Of a DNA stretch of 64,000 nt, positions 26,625 through 35,014 are shown piece after piece. The notes below the pieces were generated by a model, which had not been told where the DNA came from, did no database searches, and saw only the letters and a program-made list of their open reading frames with translations. Position 1 is the stretch's first letter. Each line of letters starts with the position of its first letter. A program made the translations under genes and the position numbers. Origin of the DNA: an uncultured bacterium (GTDB lineage: Bacteria > Arandabacterota > Arandabacteria > Arandabacterales > Arandabacteraceae); contig CAZRAU010000001.1 in assembly GCA_964598025.1 (NCBI GenBank), positions 56,201 through 120,200 on the forward strand. Direction: 5' to 3'.

Positions 26625-27378
26625 GACCTGGCCCAAAAGACCGGATAAGCCTGAGGAGGCCGACGACAGTTTCATGGTATCGTATTCGGCCCTTATGATC
26701 CTGCTCCTTACGTTCATGATACTGCTGGTGACACTTGCGAATTTCAAGGAGCCGCGCTTCAGAAAGGCCATAGGGTCGGTCAGGGGGGCCTTTTCGTTTC
26801 TGCCCTATGCCGGCGGCGACGAGATTATGGCGCACGGATCGCCCGGCTTCTTGCCCGAGAAAGTCCTGGCCAGGGCCACCACGGATGAACAGGACGAGGG
26901 AGCCTACGAACGTGTCGTAGAGGAGATGATGGCGAAGGCGAAGTCGCCGGACCTGGCGGGTTTCGAGGTGGAGGTGAGTAATGATGGTCTGGCGATCAAG
27001 TTGTCTGATTCACTGATGTTCGAGCAAGGTCGGGCGGAGCTAAGGCCCGGAATCCTCTCTCTCATGGATCTTCTGGCTGAGGTCGTGAATGCCAGACCAG
27101 GGAGAGTTTCCATCATTGGAAACACGTGCGATCTTCCAATATCGAACAAGGAATTCCCATCAAACTGGGAGCTTTCGATCATGAGGGCCGTCAATGTGCT
27201 TCATCATCTTGAGGCGCGAGGAGTAAGTCCGGAATCCCTGTATGCCTATGGGGTTGCCGATCAGAGACCCATTGTTCCGAATGAGGACGAGGCGTCAAGA
27301 CGAGAGAACCGCCGGGTAGAGGTGTACATTGCAAATCGTGGCGGGCAGGTTGATACGGCAAGCGAGGTGCTACATTGA
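26614..27378 (+). CDS. MotB-like paralog (OmpA-like) lacking the conserved TM aspartate
   Basis: Its architecture matches MotB (TM, then an OmpA domain with NWELSIMRA...NRRVEV). The TM reads FMVSYSALMILLLTFMILLV, and aligned by eye it places Ala where MotB has Asp. Confidence 0.75.
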   Translation: MSPETWPKRPDKPEEADDSFMVSYSALMILLLTFMILLVTLANFKEPRFRKAIGSVRGAFSFLPYAGGDEIMAHGSPGFLPEKVLARATTDEQDEGAYERVVEEMMAKAKSPDLAGFEVEVSNDGLAIKLSDSLMFEQGRAELRPGILSLMDLLAEVVNARPGRVSIIGNTCDLPISNKEFPSNWELSIMRAVNVLHHLEARGVSPESLYAYGVADQRPIVPNEDEASRRENRRVEVYIANRGGQVDTASEVLH

Positions 27379-28952
27379 ACACGAGGGCAGCTGATGTGAA
27401 TGCGGGTCAGCCCATTGAACGTACAAACAACAAAGACAGGGATGAAACCACAAGATCGTTGGCTCGTGCGCTATCCGGCGCACTGGATGCCCGAAATCCG
27501 AGGGCGAGAGGGCACTCACACCGGGTTGCCATGTATGCGATGGCGATAATGAACGAGCTGGAGCATGATGGTGATCCGGCATATCAGGATCTGCGTGACC
27601 GCGTGAGGATAGCCGCCCTTCTCCATGACGTCGGCAAGATCGGAATCCCCGACAGTGTGCTCCAGCGGGAGAGCGAGGTTGGTGACGATGGGAGCCGGCT
27701 TCTGAGACAGCATCCGGTCCTTGGGGCAGAGATCATGAGCTCATGTGAGGGCCTCAAAGAGGTGGTTCCGGGGGTTCTATATCACCATGAGCGGGTGGAC
27801 GGATCGGGATATCCTTTCGGGTTGACGGGGAGGAGCATTCCCCCTTCGGCCAGGGTGATCGCGCTTGCCGATGTTTTCGATGCCTTGACCACCGACTACG
27901 GGGTTGAGGAAGTATGTTCACACGAGGAAGCCCTGTGCCGGCTGAAAGGCGATCTGTCCTCAGGATTCGATCCGGACGTACTTGAGGCGCTCTCCAGGGC
28001 ACACCACAGCGGGGCTCTCCGGCATGTACGCCTGCCACATAGGCAAGAGCCGTCGGATGAGGCCGTCGATACGGTTGTGGAGAACGTATACGGCCGTCAG
28101 CTGACGTCGGTTCCGTCGCTGCCGGAGGCAATCTATAAGGTGAACTCACTTCTGGAAAGTCAGGAAGCGTCCCTGAAGGAGATAGCCACGATTCTGTCGA
28201 GCGATTCAGGGCTCGCAAGCAGGGTACTTAAGCTTGTGAATTCAGCATACTACGGGTTGCCCCGGATGGTCTCGACGATCCCCCTGGCAACGACCATTCT
28301 GGGGATCAGGGCGATCAAGAACCAGGTTGTGAACATCGCTTATGCGGATGTCATGAAAGAACTTGGTGGACGTCATGCGGAATACCGGATTCTCTGGACG
28401 CACGCCCTCAAGACAGCCGCCTGGGCGCGCATGATCTGCTCGGAGATCTCCGACATCGATCCCGAGGAGGCCTTCACGGCCGGGCTCATACATGATGTAG
28501 GACGGGCGCTGTGCCTCAGGCTCAGACCGGATACCTATGGGGGGCTCGTTACCCAGGCGGAGGTCAGCGGGAGACCATTAATCGCGATCGAAGAAGAATT
28601 GATAGGGTTCGACCACATGAGCATGGGTGGATGGATGGCAGCGAAATGGATGCTGCCGGGGTCACTGGTCAACTCGATACGGTGGCATCATGACCCGGAA
28701 CGTGTGGCGGACCAGGGGCGGGAGGCATACGAGCTCATACGCATAATCCACATAGCCGACATCGCGGCCAGGGCTTGCGAGGCGGTGGAGGTGAACTTCG
28801 TACCGTTTGTTTTGCGGGAGATAAGTCCGAGGGTGCTCAGGGAGCTTGGGAGCGCATATCTGGTGGATCTTGAACACTTCAAGGAAGCGGCCGAAGAGGC
28901 CGAAAAACAGTTAGAGGAGACTTTTGCCGAAGCCGCCGTCCATGTTTCCTGA
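27375..28952 (+). CDS. HD-GYP domain (c-di-GMP phosphodiesterase family) fused to C-terminal HDOD domain
   Basis: The HD region has HSHRV...ALLHDVGKIGIP...YHHERVDGSGYPFGL (HD-GYP). The C-terminal half reads SLPEAIYKVNSLLES...LASRVLKLVNSAYYG...LIHDVGRA (HDOD). It has a TTG start overlapping the motB' stop. Confidence 0.8.
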   Translation: MNTRAADVNAGQPIERTNNKDRDETTRSLARALSGALDARNPRARGHSHRVAMYAMAIMNELEHDGDPAYQDLRDRVRIAALLHDVGKIGIPDSVLQRESEVGDDGSRLLRQHPVLGAEIMSSCEGLKEVVPGVLYHHERVDGSGYPFGLTGRSIPPSARVIALADVFDALTTDYGVEEVCSHEEALCRLKGDLSSGFDPDVLEALSRAHHSGALRHVRLPHRQEPSDEAVDTVVENVYGRQLTSVPSLPEAIYKVNSLLESQEASLKEIATILSSDSGLASRVLKLVNSAYYGLPRMVSTIPLATTILGIRAIKNQVVNIAYADVMKELGGRHAEYRILWTHALKTAAWARMICSEISDIDPEEAFTAGLIHDVGRALCLRLRPDTYGGLVTQAEVSGRPLIAIEEELIGFDHMSMGGWMAAKWMLPGSLVNSIRWHHDPERVADQGREAYELIRIIHIADIAARACEAVEVNFVPFVLREISPRVLRELGSAYLVDLEHFKEAAEEAEKQLEETFAEAAVHVS

Positions 28953-29025
28953 ACATGCCATGGCCGGGGTGGAGTATGTGCTCTACCCGGACTGTCCCGG
29001 ACGGCCGCTTGGAAGGAGCAATCGC

Positions 29026-29904
29026 ATGGGAAACCATCTAGATGCGTTCGTGCAGTATCCCATATACCCTTCACTGACCTGGCTGGAGAAGGCTCTTCTC
29101 CGCACCAGAATGCCCTGGCCGGCCAGGTGTCCGGTCTGCGGTTCTACGACCCTTATTACCGATGTCGGCCGGAGCCTGCGAGAATCATGCAAGTGTCTGC
29201 GGTGCAAGTCCACCAACAGGCAGCGCCAGATAGCCTATGTGGTCTGTGGGGCTGTGAGCAGAATGACCGGCACCGAGATCGCATCCTTGAAGGAAGTGGC
29301 CGAACAGCAAGACTTGGTCATCTACAATACCGAAGCCGGCCGGCAAGTACACGATCGGCTGGCGGCAATGCCCGGTTACCTGTGCAGCGAGTACTTCGGA
29401 GATGCCTGTACGAGCGGGGATGTGATAGGAGGGAGGATGCACCAGGATCTCATGGCACTCTCATTTGATGACAGGAGCATAGACCTGGTCATATCATCCG
29501 ATGTGTTGGAGCATATGCCCGACCCTTACCGCGCCCACAGGGAAATCCATCGCGTGCTGAAGCCCGGAGGAACCCATGTCTTCACCGTCCCCTTCTACCA
29601 GACCGAATTCGAAGATGAGGACAGAACCATTACCGACATAAGAGGGAACACGGTTTTCATCAAAGACCCCATCTATCACGGCGATCCCATGAGATCGGAG
29701 GGGGCACTGGTTCATAAGATCTTCTCACTGGAGATGCTGGTGAAGCTGGGCAAGATCGGTTTCCGCACCAACATGTACAAGATCTATAAACCGTCCTCAG
29801 GCATTCTCGGGCCCAATGCCCTGGTGTTCGAGGCTGTCGCGCAGGAGGCGGTAACCCAGCGCCGAGAGGCACTGTCGCAAGGCAAAGTGGGAGCCGCAGC
29901 ATGA
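29026..29904 (+). CDS. SAM-dependent methyltransferase (Methyltransf_11-like) with N-terminal CxxC...CxxC zinc ribbon
   Basis: ARCPVCGS...CKCLRCKS forms the ribbon. IDLVISSDVLEHMPDPYRAHREIHRVLKPGGTHVF is a class I MTase motif. The ATG at 29026 follows GGAAGGAG. Confidence 0.7.
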   Translation: MGNHLDAFVQYPIYPSLTWLEKALLRTRMPWPARCPVCGSTTLITDVGRSLRESCKCLRCKSTNRQRQIAYVVCGAVSRMTGTEIASLKEVAEQQDLVIYNTEAGRQVHDRLAAMPGYLCSEYFGDACTSGDVIGGRMHQDLMALSFDDRSIDLVISSDVLEHMPDPYRAHREIHRVLKPGGTHVFTVPFYQTEFEDEDRTITDIRGNTVFIKDPIYHGDPMRSEGALVHKIFSLEMLVKLGKIGFRTNMYKIYKPSSGILGPNALVFEAVAQEAVTQRREALSQGKVGAAA

Positions 29905-31028
29905 CGATACCCGGGAGTCTCAACGGTATGCCGGAGCCAAGGAAGCCGGGGCCCGGCGAGGGGCAGCGTGGTGTGGGTACGCGTACCGCGCTGGATGCCG
30001 AAGAGCCCTTGCTGCAGGGTCGGCCGAGCCGCGAGGACCTGCTCGACACACTGCGAACCCGCTGCAAGAAAGGCGCGCGGGGCAGGCCTCAGAAACTGGA
30101 TCTCAGCGGCCTGGATTTCTCCGGTGAGGATCTTTCCGGCCTGGACCTTTCCGGCTATGACTTCAGCCGGGCGAACCTGGCGCGGGTCGATCTCAGCGCG
30201 TCGAATCTTGGGTGGGCGAAGCTCCGGGAGGCCAATCTTCACAGGGGGACGCTGACCGATTGCGAGCTGGTCGGGGCTGATCTGCAAGGTGCGAATCTCA
30301 GTGAGTGTTCGGCCGAAAGGTCGGGGCTGGGTGCCACCGATCTGACCGGTGCCGGACTGATCAGTGCGAACCTGCGTCACGCCACGCTTAGCGAAGCAAA
30401 CATGCGCGGCGCTGATCTGCGGGCGGCGAATCTTCAAGGCTGCAATATTCGGAGTGCGGACCTAACCAACGCGAACTGCACGCGGGCCGAACTCCAGGGG
30501 GCCGATCTTCAGGAGAGCAATGTTCTGGGCACCAGCTTTGAAGTGGCTAACCTGCAGAGGGCCCGGCTGCTCGGCATAAAGAACTATCTTAAGGCTAATT
30601 GGATCGGCACGGACATCCGTGAAGTCGATCTCCGTGGTGCCTATCTGATCCGGCGCTTCATATCGGACGAGAACTACCTCTATGAATTTCGAACCCGGAG
30701 CAAGTACCACAAGGTCCTCTACCGCCTCTGGTGGTTGACTTCGGATTGCGGCCGGAGCCTCTCTCGCTGGACCTTCTGGGTGGCGGCGGTGACGGTGGTC
30801 TTCGCGATTCTGTATAGTACCACCGATGTGGACTACGGCGCCCATCGCACCGTCTTCTCTCCTCTCTATTACAGTGTAGTGACTCTAACGACACTCGGCT
30901 ACGGTGACGTAGTCCCGGCTTCGGGTGGGGCCCAGGCGATCGCAGCCATACAGGCTGTGCTTGGCTATGTGGGCCTGGGGGGATTCCTGAGCATATTGGC
31001 GAACAAGATGGCCCGAAGGGCCGACTGA
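29901..31028 (+). CDS. pentapeptide-repeat domain fused to a 2-TM K+-channel-type pore (TTLGYGD selectivity filter)
   Basis: About 200 aa of A(D/N)LxG pentapeptide repeats (ANLARVDLSASNLGWAKLREANLHRGTL...). Then TM1, a pore helix SVVTLTTLGYGDVVP and TM2. ATGA overlap with the upstream MTase. Confidence 0.75.
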   Translation: MTIPGSLNGMPEPRKPGPGEGQRGVGTRTALDAEEPLLQGRPSREDLLDTLRTRCKKGARGRPQKLDLSGLDFSGEDLSGLDLSGYDFSRANLARVDLSASNLGWAKLREANLHRGTLTDCELVGADLQGANLSECSAERSGLGATDLTGAGLISANLRHATLSEANMRGADLRAANLQGCNIRSADLTNANCTRAELQGADLQESNVLGTSFEVANLQRARLLGIKNYLKANWIGTDIREVDLRGAYLIRRFISDENYLYEFRTRSKYHKVLYRLWWLTSDCGRSLSRWTFWVAAVTVVFAILYSTTDVDYGAHRTVFSPLYYSVVTLTTLGYGDVVPASGGAQAIAAIQAVLGYVGLGGFLSILANKMARRAD

Positions 31029-31050
31029 TCGCCAATCGGAGGGTACGAAA

Positions 31051-31899
31051 ATGTCATTGCTACGATTAGGCAGGAAGAGCGATCCGAAGGGCAAGCTGAA
31101 GAAGGTCCTCGGTGAATACAATCTGCCTTCATTCCCGGGCGCCGTCATGCAAGTGCTTCAGACAATTCGCGACCCCCGGTCCTCAGCGTCTTCGGTTGCC
31201 GATGTCCTCGCAGTCGATCCCGGCCTCTCGGTGCGGGTGCTGCGTGTGGCCAATTCACCGGTGTTCTCCCCGGTTCGAAAGGTCGAGAACCTTGCCCAGG
31301 CGGTAGCTCTTGTCGGACTGACGGAGCTGGAGTCGCTGGTCCTTTCGATAAGCGTCAGGGGAAATCTGCCTCGCGACTCAGCAGAAGGCTACGACTTCGC
31401 GAGATTCTGGCGGGCTTCAGCGAGGCGAGGTTTCGTGGCCCGGGCGCTGGCGGAAATCCTGTGCCCGGCCCGGGAGTCCGAGAGTTTCACGGCGGGCCTC
31501 CTACAGGATATGGCCCTTCCTTTCCTTGCCCATCAGAGATCCAAGGAATACGGTCCGGTCCTTCACCAGTGGCACACCACCGATGTGCTCCTGCATGAGC
31601 TGGAGCGCGAGGTATTCGGCTGGGACCACGCCGAGGTTGGGGCCTGGATCTGTGACGAGTGGAATCTTCCCGAGAGTATAGTCTCTGCCATAGGCAGCCA
31701 CCATCCCGGTGGCGTCCGCAACGGGTGTCCGGTATCGGTGGCTCTAGCGGCCTACCTGCGCGAGGCTGAGGACAGGACCGGCGTGGATAGCCTTATCAAG
31801 ATGGCTGCGACCGAGTATCAGATCAGCGCTGAAAGGGCCGGTGAGATCGTCGAATCGGCGTTCCGGCAAGCGGAAGAATTCACCCAACTCCTCGGTTGA
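31051..31899 (+). CDS. HDOD domain protein
   Basis: PSFPGAVMQVLQTIRDP...SVRVLRVANSPVFS...GLLQDMA...HAEVGAWI are HDOD hallmarks. 282 aa. Confidence 0.8.
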   Translation: MSLLRLGRKSDPKGKLKKVLGEYNLPSFPGAVMQVLQTIRDPRSSASSVADVLAVDPGLSVRVLRVANSPVFSPVRKVENLAQAVALVGLTELESLVLSISVRGNLPRDSAEGYDFARFWRASARRGFVARALAEILCPARESESFTAGLLQDMALPFLAHQRSKEYGPVLHQWHTTDVLLHELEREVFGWDHAEVGAWICDEWNLPESIVSAIGSHHPGGVRNGCPVSVALAAYLREAEDRTGVDSLIKMAATEYQISAERAGEIVESAFRQAEEFTQLLG

Positions 31900-31910
31900 T
31901 TCGGCTTCGT

Positions 31911-32768
31911 CTAAAACAGTTTCTTCACCTCGGCCACTTCGTCTTCGAGGTCAACCATCAGGCCGGCAATCTCGATGTCGCTGAGATTGAGGTATTCGAT
32001 CGACCGTTGGCTCAGGAGATCCATCTCTGTATCGGGCCTAAGATGGAACCCCATCTTACACGATATCGCGTCCGCCGCTTGTATCTGCATTGTCAGCGGC
32101 TGGTCGGGATCAATCTCCTCATCGTGATGGTGCAGCGCCGCATAGCAGATGGGTTCCGGCACACTCCATGTGGTCAGTGTTCTATGACCGAGCTCGGTAT
32201 GGAGAACGGCCATCAGTTCGTCCAGCACCACGGGCGTTATCTCCGCCCCATCATGACCCTCAACATAATCCACGGCGCGGAGTACCAGGAGTTTGCCCGT
32301 GTCATGCAGCAGACCTGCCACAAACGCCTCCTCCGGCTCCAGGCCGGTGAGCCCCGCTACATGTTTTGATGCCATCGCCGTTGTGACGGCGTGGCTCCAG
32401 AGGGTCTCGAGAAGTCGGGACTTCTCGGGATCATCCGATTGAAAGTGCCCACTGTGTGCAAGTGCCGTGACCGCCGATGTCACTTGCCTGAAACCAAGCC
32501 TTGCAATTGCCAGGGACAGATCGGAAACCGGGTTCAGACCGCCGAAGGCGGCGGAGTTTGCCCACCTCAGAAGTGTCGCCGCGATGGCAGGATCGGTCCC
32601 CACGAGTGCCGCAATCCTCTTGGAGCTGGTGCTGCCCTGGTCCCTGAGGAGCTCCATGAGGCGATTCACGAGATTGGGAAGTGGCGGAAGAGCGATCGTC
32701 CCGGCATCCACAACTGCGCGGATGCTGTCTGCAATGGATTGTGTTGTCAATGCTGTTGTCTTGTTCAC
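31911..32768 (-). CDS. HDOD domain protein
   Basis: LPPLPNLVNRLMELLRD...AATLLRWANSAAFG...GLLHDTGKLL are HDOD hallmarks. It overlaps the upstream ATPase stop by 4 nt. Confidence 0.8.
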   Translation of the reverse strand: MNKTTALTTQSIADSIRAVVDAGTIALPPLPNLVNRLMELLRDQGSTSSKRIAALVGTDPAIAATLLRWANSAAFGGLNPVSDLSLAIARLGFRQVTSAVTALAHSGHFQSDDPEKSRLLETLWSHAVTTAMASKHVAGLTGLEPEEAFVAGLLHDTGKLLVLRAVDYVEGHDGAEITPVVLDELMAVLHTELGHRTLTTWSVPEPICYAALHHHDEEIDPDQPLTMQIQAADAISCKMGFHLRPDTEMDLLSQRSIEYLNLSDIEIAGLMVDLEDEVAEVKKLF

Positions 32769-34732
32769 CGTGCCCTCCTTAGTGCAGCGGTTTCCCTGAT
32801 GGTTGTCATGTCTCTGAGCTCGGAGTCGCGGGGAGCGTTGTCTGCGATCTCAGAAAGGGTGGTCTGTCCGGCGGCGACTTTTAGAAGGCCGTCCTCTTCA
32901 AGGGTAAGGAACCCCGGGATCATCTTCGCGATACGCCTGAGATCTCTGGATGAAGCCTTCGCTAGAATGGCGTCACGGAAATCGTCATCCAAGAGCAGGA
33001 CCTCATGTATGCCCATACGTCCGAGGTAGCCGGTGCCGCCACATTCGGGGCAACCGGCGCCCGCAAGCAGGGGCACGCCTCTCAGATAATCGCGGTCAAG
33101 TCCGAGGAAACGGAGGTCCTTCTTGGAGGGTTCGACCGGCCTTCGGCAGTTCTCGCAGATGCGCCTGACCAGACGCTGGGCAATGACACATGTCAATGTC
33201 GATGCTACCAGGAAAGGTTCGACCTTCATCTCGAGAAGACGCACCACCGTGGCCACCCCATCATCGGTGTGAAATGTCGAGAACACCTTGTGGCCGGTCA
33301 GGGCTGCCTCCGTGGCAAGCCCCGCCGTCACACTGTCACGGATCTCGCCGACAACGATCACATCGGGATCCTGACGGACAATGGACTTAAGGGAGTCCGC
33401 GAAGGTCGGGCCGCTCTTCTCATTCACCGAACACTGAGTAGTACCGTCGAGAACATATTCGACGGGATTCTCGCAGGATATGATCTTGAGGCTGTCATCT
33501 CTGGTAAAATCCACGAACGAATACATGGTGGTCGTCTTGCCGCTCCCGGTCGGTCCGGTGATCAGTACGAGACCGCTGGAACTTCTGAGCACGACCTCCC
33601 TGAGCAAACCCAGTATTCTGGGTTCGAAGCCCAGGGCATCAAGCGGAACAAGCCCCCGCCGGCGATCGAGCAGCCGCAGTACAAGCGTCTCCCCGAATAC
33701 CGATGCATAGGAGCTCACCCTTATGTCCACGCCCCTGCCGCCGGCATCCACGAAGAACCTGCCATCCTGATGCAGCCGCCGCTCGGCTATATCCATCTTC
33801 GCAAGCACTTTCACCCGGGAGAGTATGCGCGGGGCGAAGTCGTTCGGAAGATCGGTTAGGTGACGCAAGACGCCATCCACCCTTACCCTTGCTCGTACCT
33901 TGTTCTCAAGGGGCTCGATATGGAGATCGCTGGCGCCGAGGTCTATAGCTTGTGACAGAACATGATCCACAATTGCGGTAGCCCCTTCCCCTGCTTCTTC
34001 GTCCTGCGGCATCTCCTGGATGTCCTTATACTGGAGGACCGTCGACATCTCCACGCCACTGCAATCTCTGAAGCGCTCCAGGGTGCGGAGGGCTTCCTCG
34101 ATCTTGGCGGTAACCGCGGCGCAGGGCCTTATGGGCTGGCCGTAGGTTCGCTCCAGCTCGTCGATCAGAGCGGTATTGAGAGGGTCCGACATAACGACAT
34201 TCAGATGGCCTTCGACGACCCTGAGTGGGAGGGCCTGCTGGCGGATAAGATACGGAATGGAGACCTGCGACAGCGTTGCCGTGTCGACCAGACTCACATC
34301 CGGCTCGATGTACGGGATGTCGTCCTTCGCGCAGAGTGCCCTGAGGTATTGCTCTTCTGTAATCAAGCCCTCTTTAAGGAGCACCTCGCGTTCGCCCAGA
34401 TTGGGACTCTTCGACTTGGCTGCGTGATATCGGGCCAACCCCTCCGCATCGAGAAGGCCATCCTCGAAGAGAATGCGCGCGGTGCTGAGTCTGGACCTGT
34501 ATAGGTGCATGACCCGATCGTGCTCCGACCTGGTGAGCTGTCCGAGGTCCACGAGCACGTTCCCTACCGATCTGGCCTCCTGGAGACGACCCGCCACGCG
34601 ACGGGCGCGTTTCAGCTGCTCCTCGGTGACCAGGTTCTCCGCAAGCAGCAGATTCTCAAACTCGACAGGATGGTGCTGTTCCTCGGGGGGCCGTTCGGCC
34701 CTGGTTACAGTGGTGCTATCTGATGGATTCAT
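32765..34732 (-). CDS. GspE/PilB/MshE-family secretion ATPase with two N-terminal MshEN-type (c-di-GMP-binding) motifs
   Basis: Walker A LITGPTGSGKTT and a tetracysteine CENC...CPEC are present. The N-terminus has GNVLVDLGQLTRSEHDRVMHL and GEREVLLKEGLITEEQYLRAL, resembling the MshEN RLGxxLLxxGxITxxQLxxAL motif. The ORF-track start at 35197 gives a 155-aa Arg/Pro-rich extension, which I rejected. The ATG at 34732 follows GGGGAGGA. Confidence 0.85.
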   Translation of the reverse strand: MNPSDSTTVTRAERPPEEQHHPVEFENLLLAENLVTEEQLKRARRVAGRLQEARSVGNVLVDLGQLTRSEHDRVMHLYRSRLSTARILFEDGLLDAEGLARYHAAKSKSPNLGEREVLLKEGLITEEQYLRALCAKDDIPYIEPDVSLVDTATLSQVSIPYLIRQQALPLRVVEGHLNVVMSDPLNTALIDELERTYGQPIRPCAAVTAKIEEALRTLERFRDCSGVEMSTVLQYKDIQEMPQDEEAGEGATAIVDHVLSQAIDLGASDLHIEPLENKVRARVRVDGVLRHLTDLPNDFAPRILSRVKVLAKMDIAERRLHQDGRFFVDAGGRGVDIRVSSYASVFGETLVLRLLDRRRGLVPLDALGFEPRILGLLREVVLRSSSGLVLITGPTGSGKTTTMYSFVDFTRDDSLKIISCENPVEYVLDGTTQCSVNEKSGPTFADSLKSIVRQDPDVIVVGEIRDSVTAGLATEAALTGHKVFSTFHTDDGVATVVRLLEMKVEPFLVASTLTCVIAQRLVRRICENCRRPVEPSKKDLRFLGLDRDYLRGVPLLAGAGCPECGGTGYLGRMGIHEVLLLDDDFRDAILAKASSRDLRRIAKMIPGFLTLEEDGLLKVAAGQTTLSEIADNAPRDSELRDMTTIRETAALRRAR

Positions 34733-35014
34733 AGTGCGTCCTCCCCACCAGTATCTTCGGCAAGAACCGGGGTTGTCTTGAGCACCGGGAAGGCGCCCGG
34801 GTCGCCTGGGGAACCGCCTATGGCCCGCGACCAGGGCGTCTCGCCGGGGTGGGGTGCCCGGATGTTCCGCGTCGCATAACTTGACAAATCCCCGCACAGT
34901 GCTATCCTTCCCTATAGACTGCGATATGGCCATCAGGGATGTTGGGCGCATGCATGGGATGGTATGCACCAATAGACGGGTCGACAGGTTCAATAGCGCC
35001 TTGAGATCCGGATT

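Noticed and set aside
33005-33859. 284-aa plus ORF
   Set aside because: It is antisense to the ATPase core (Walker motifs on the other strand).
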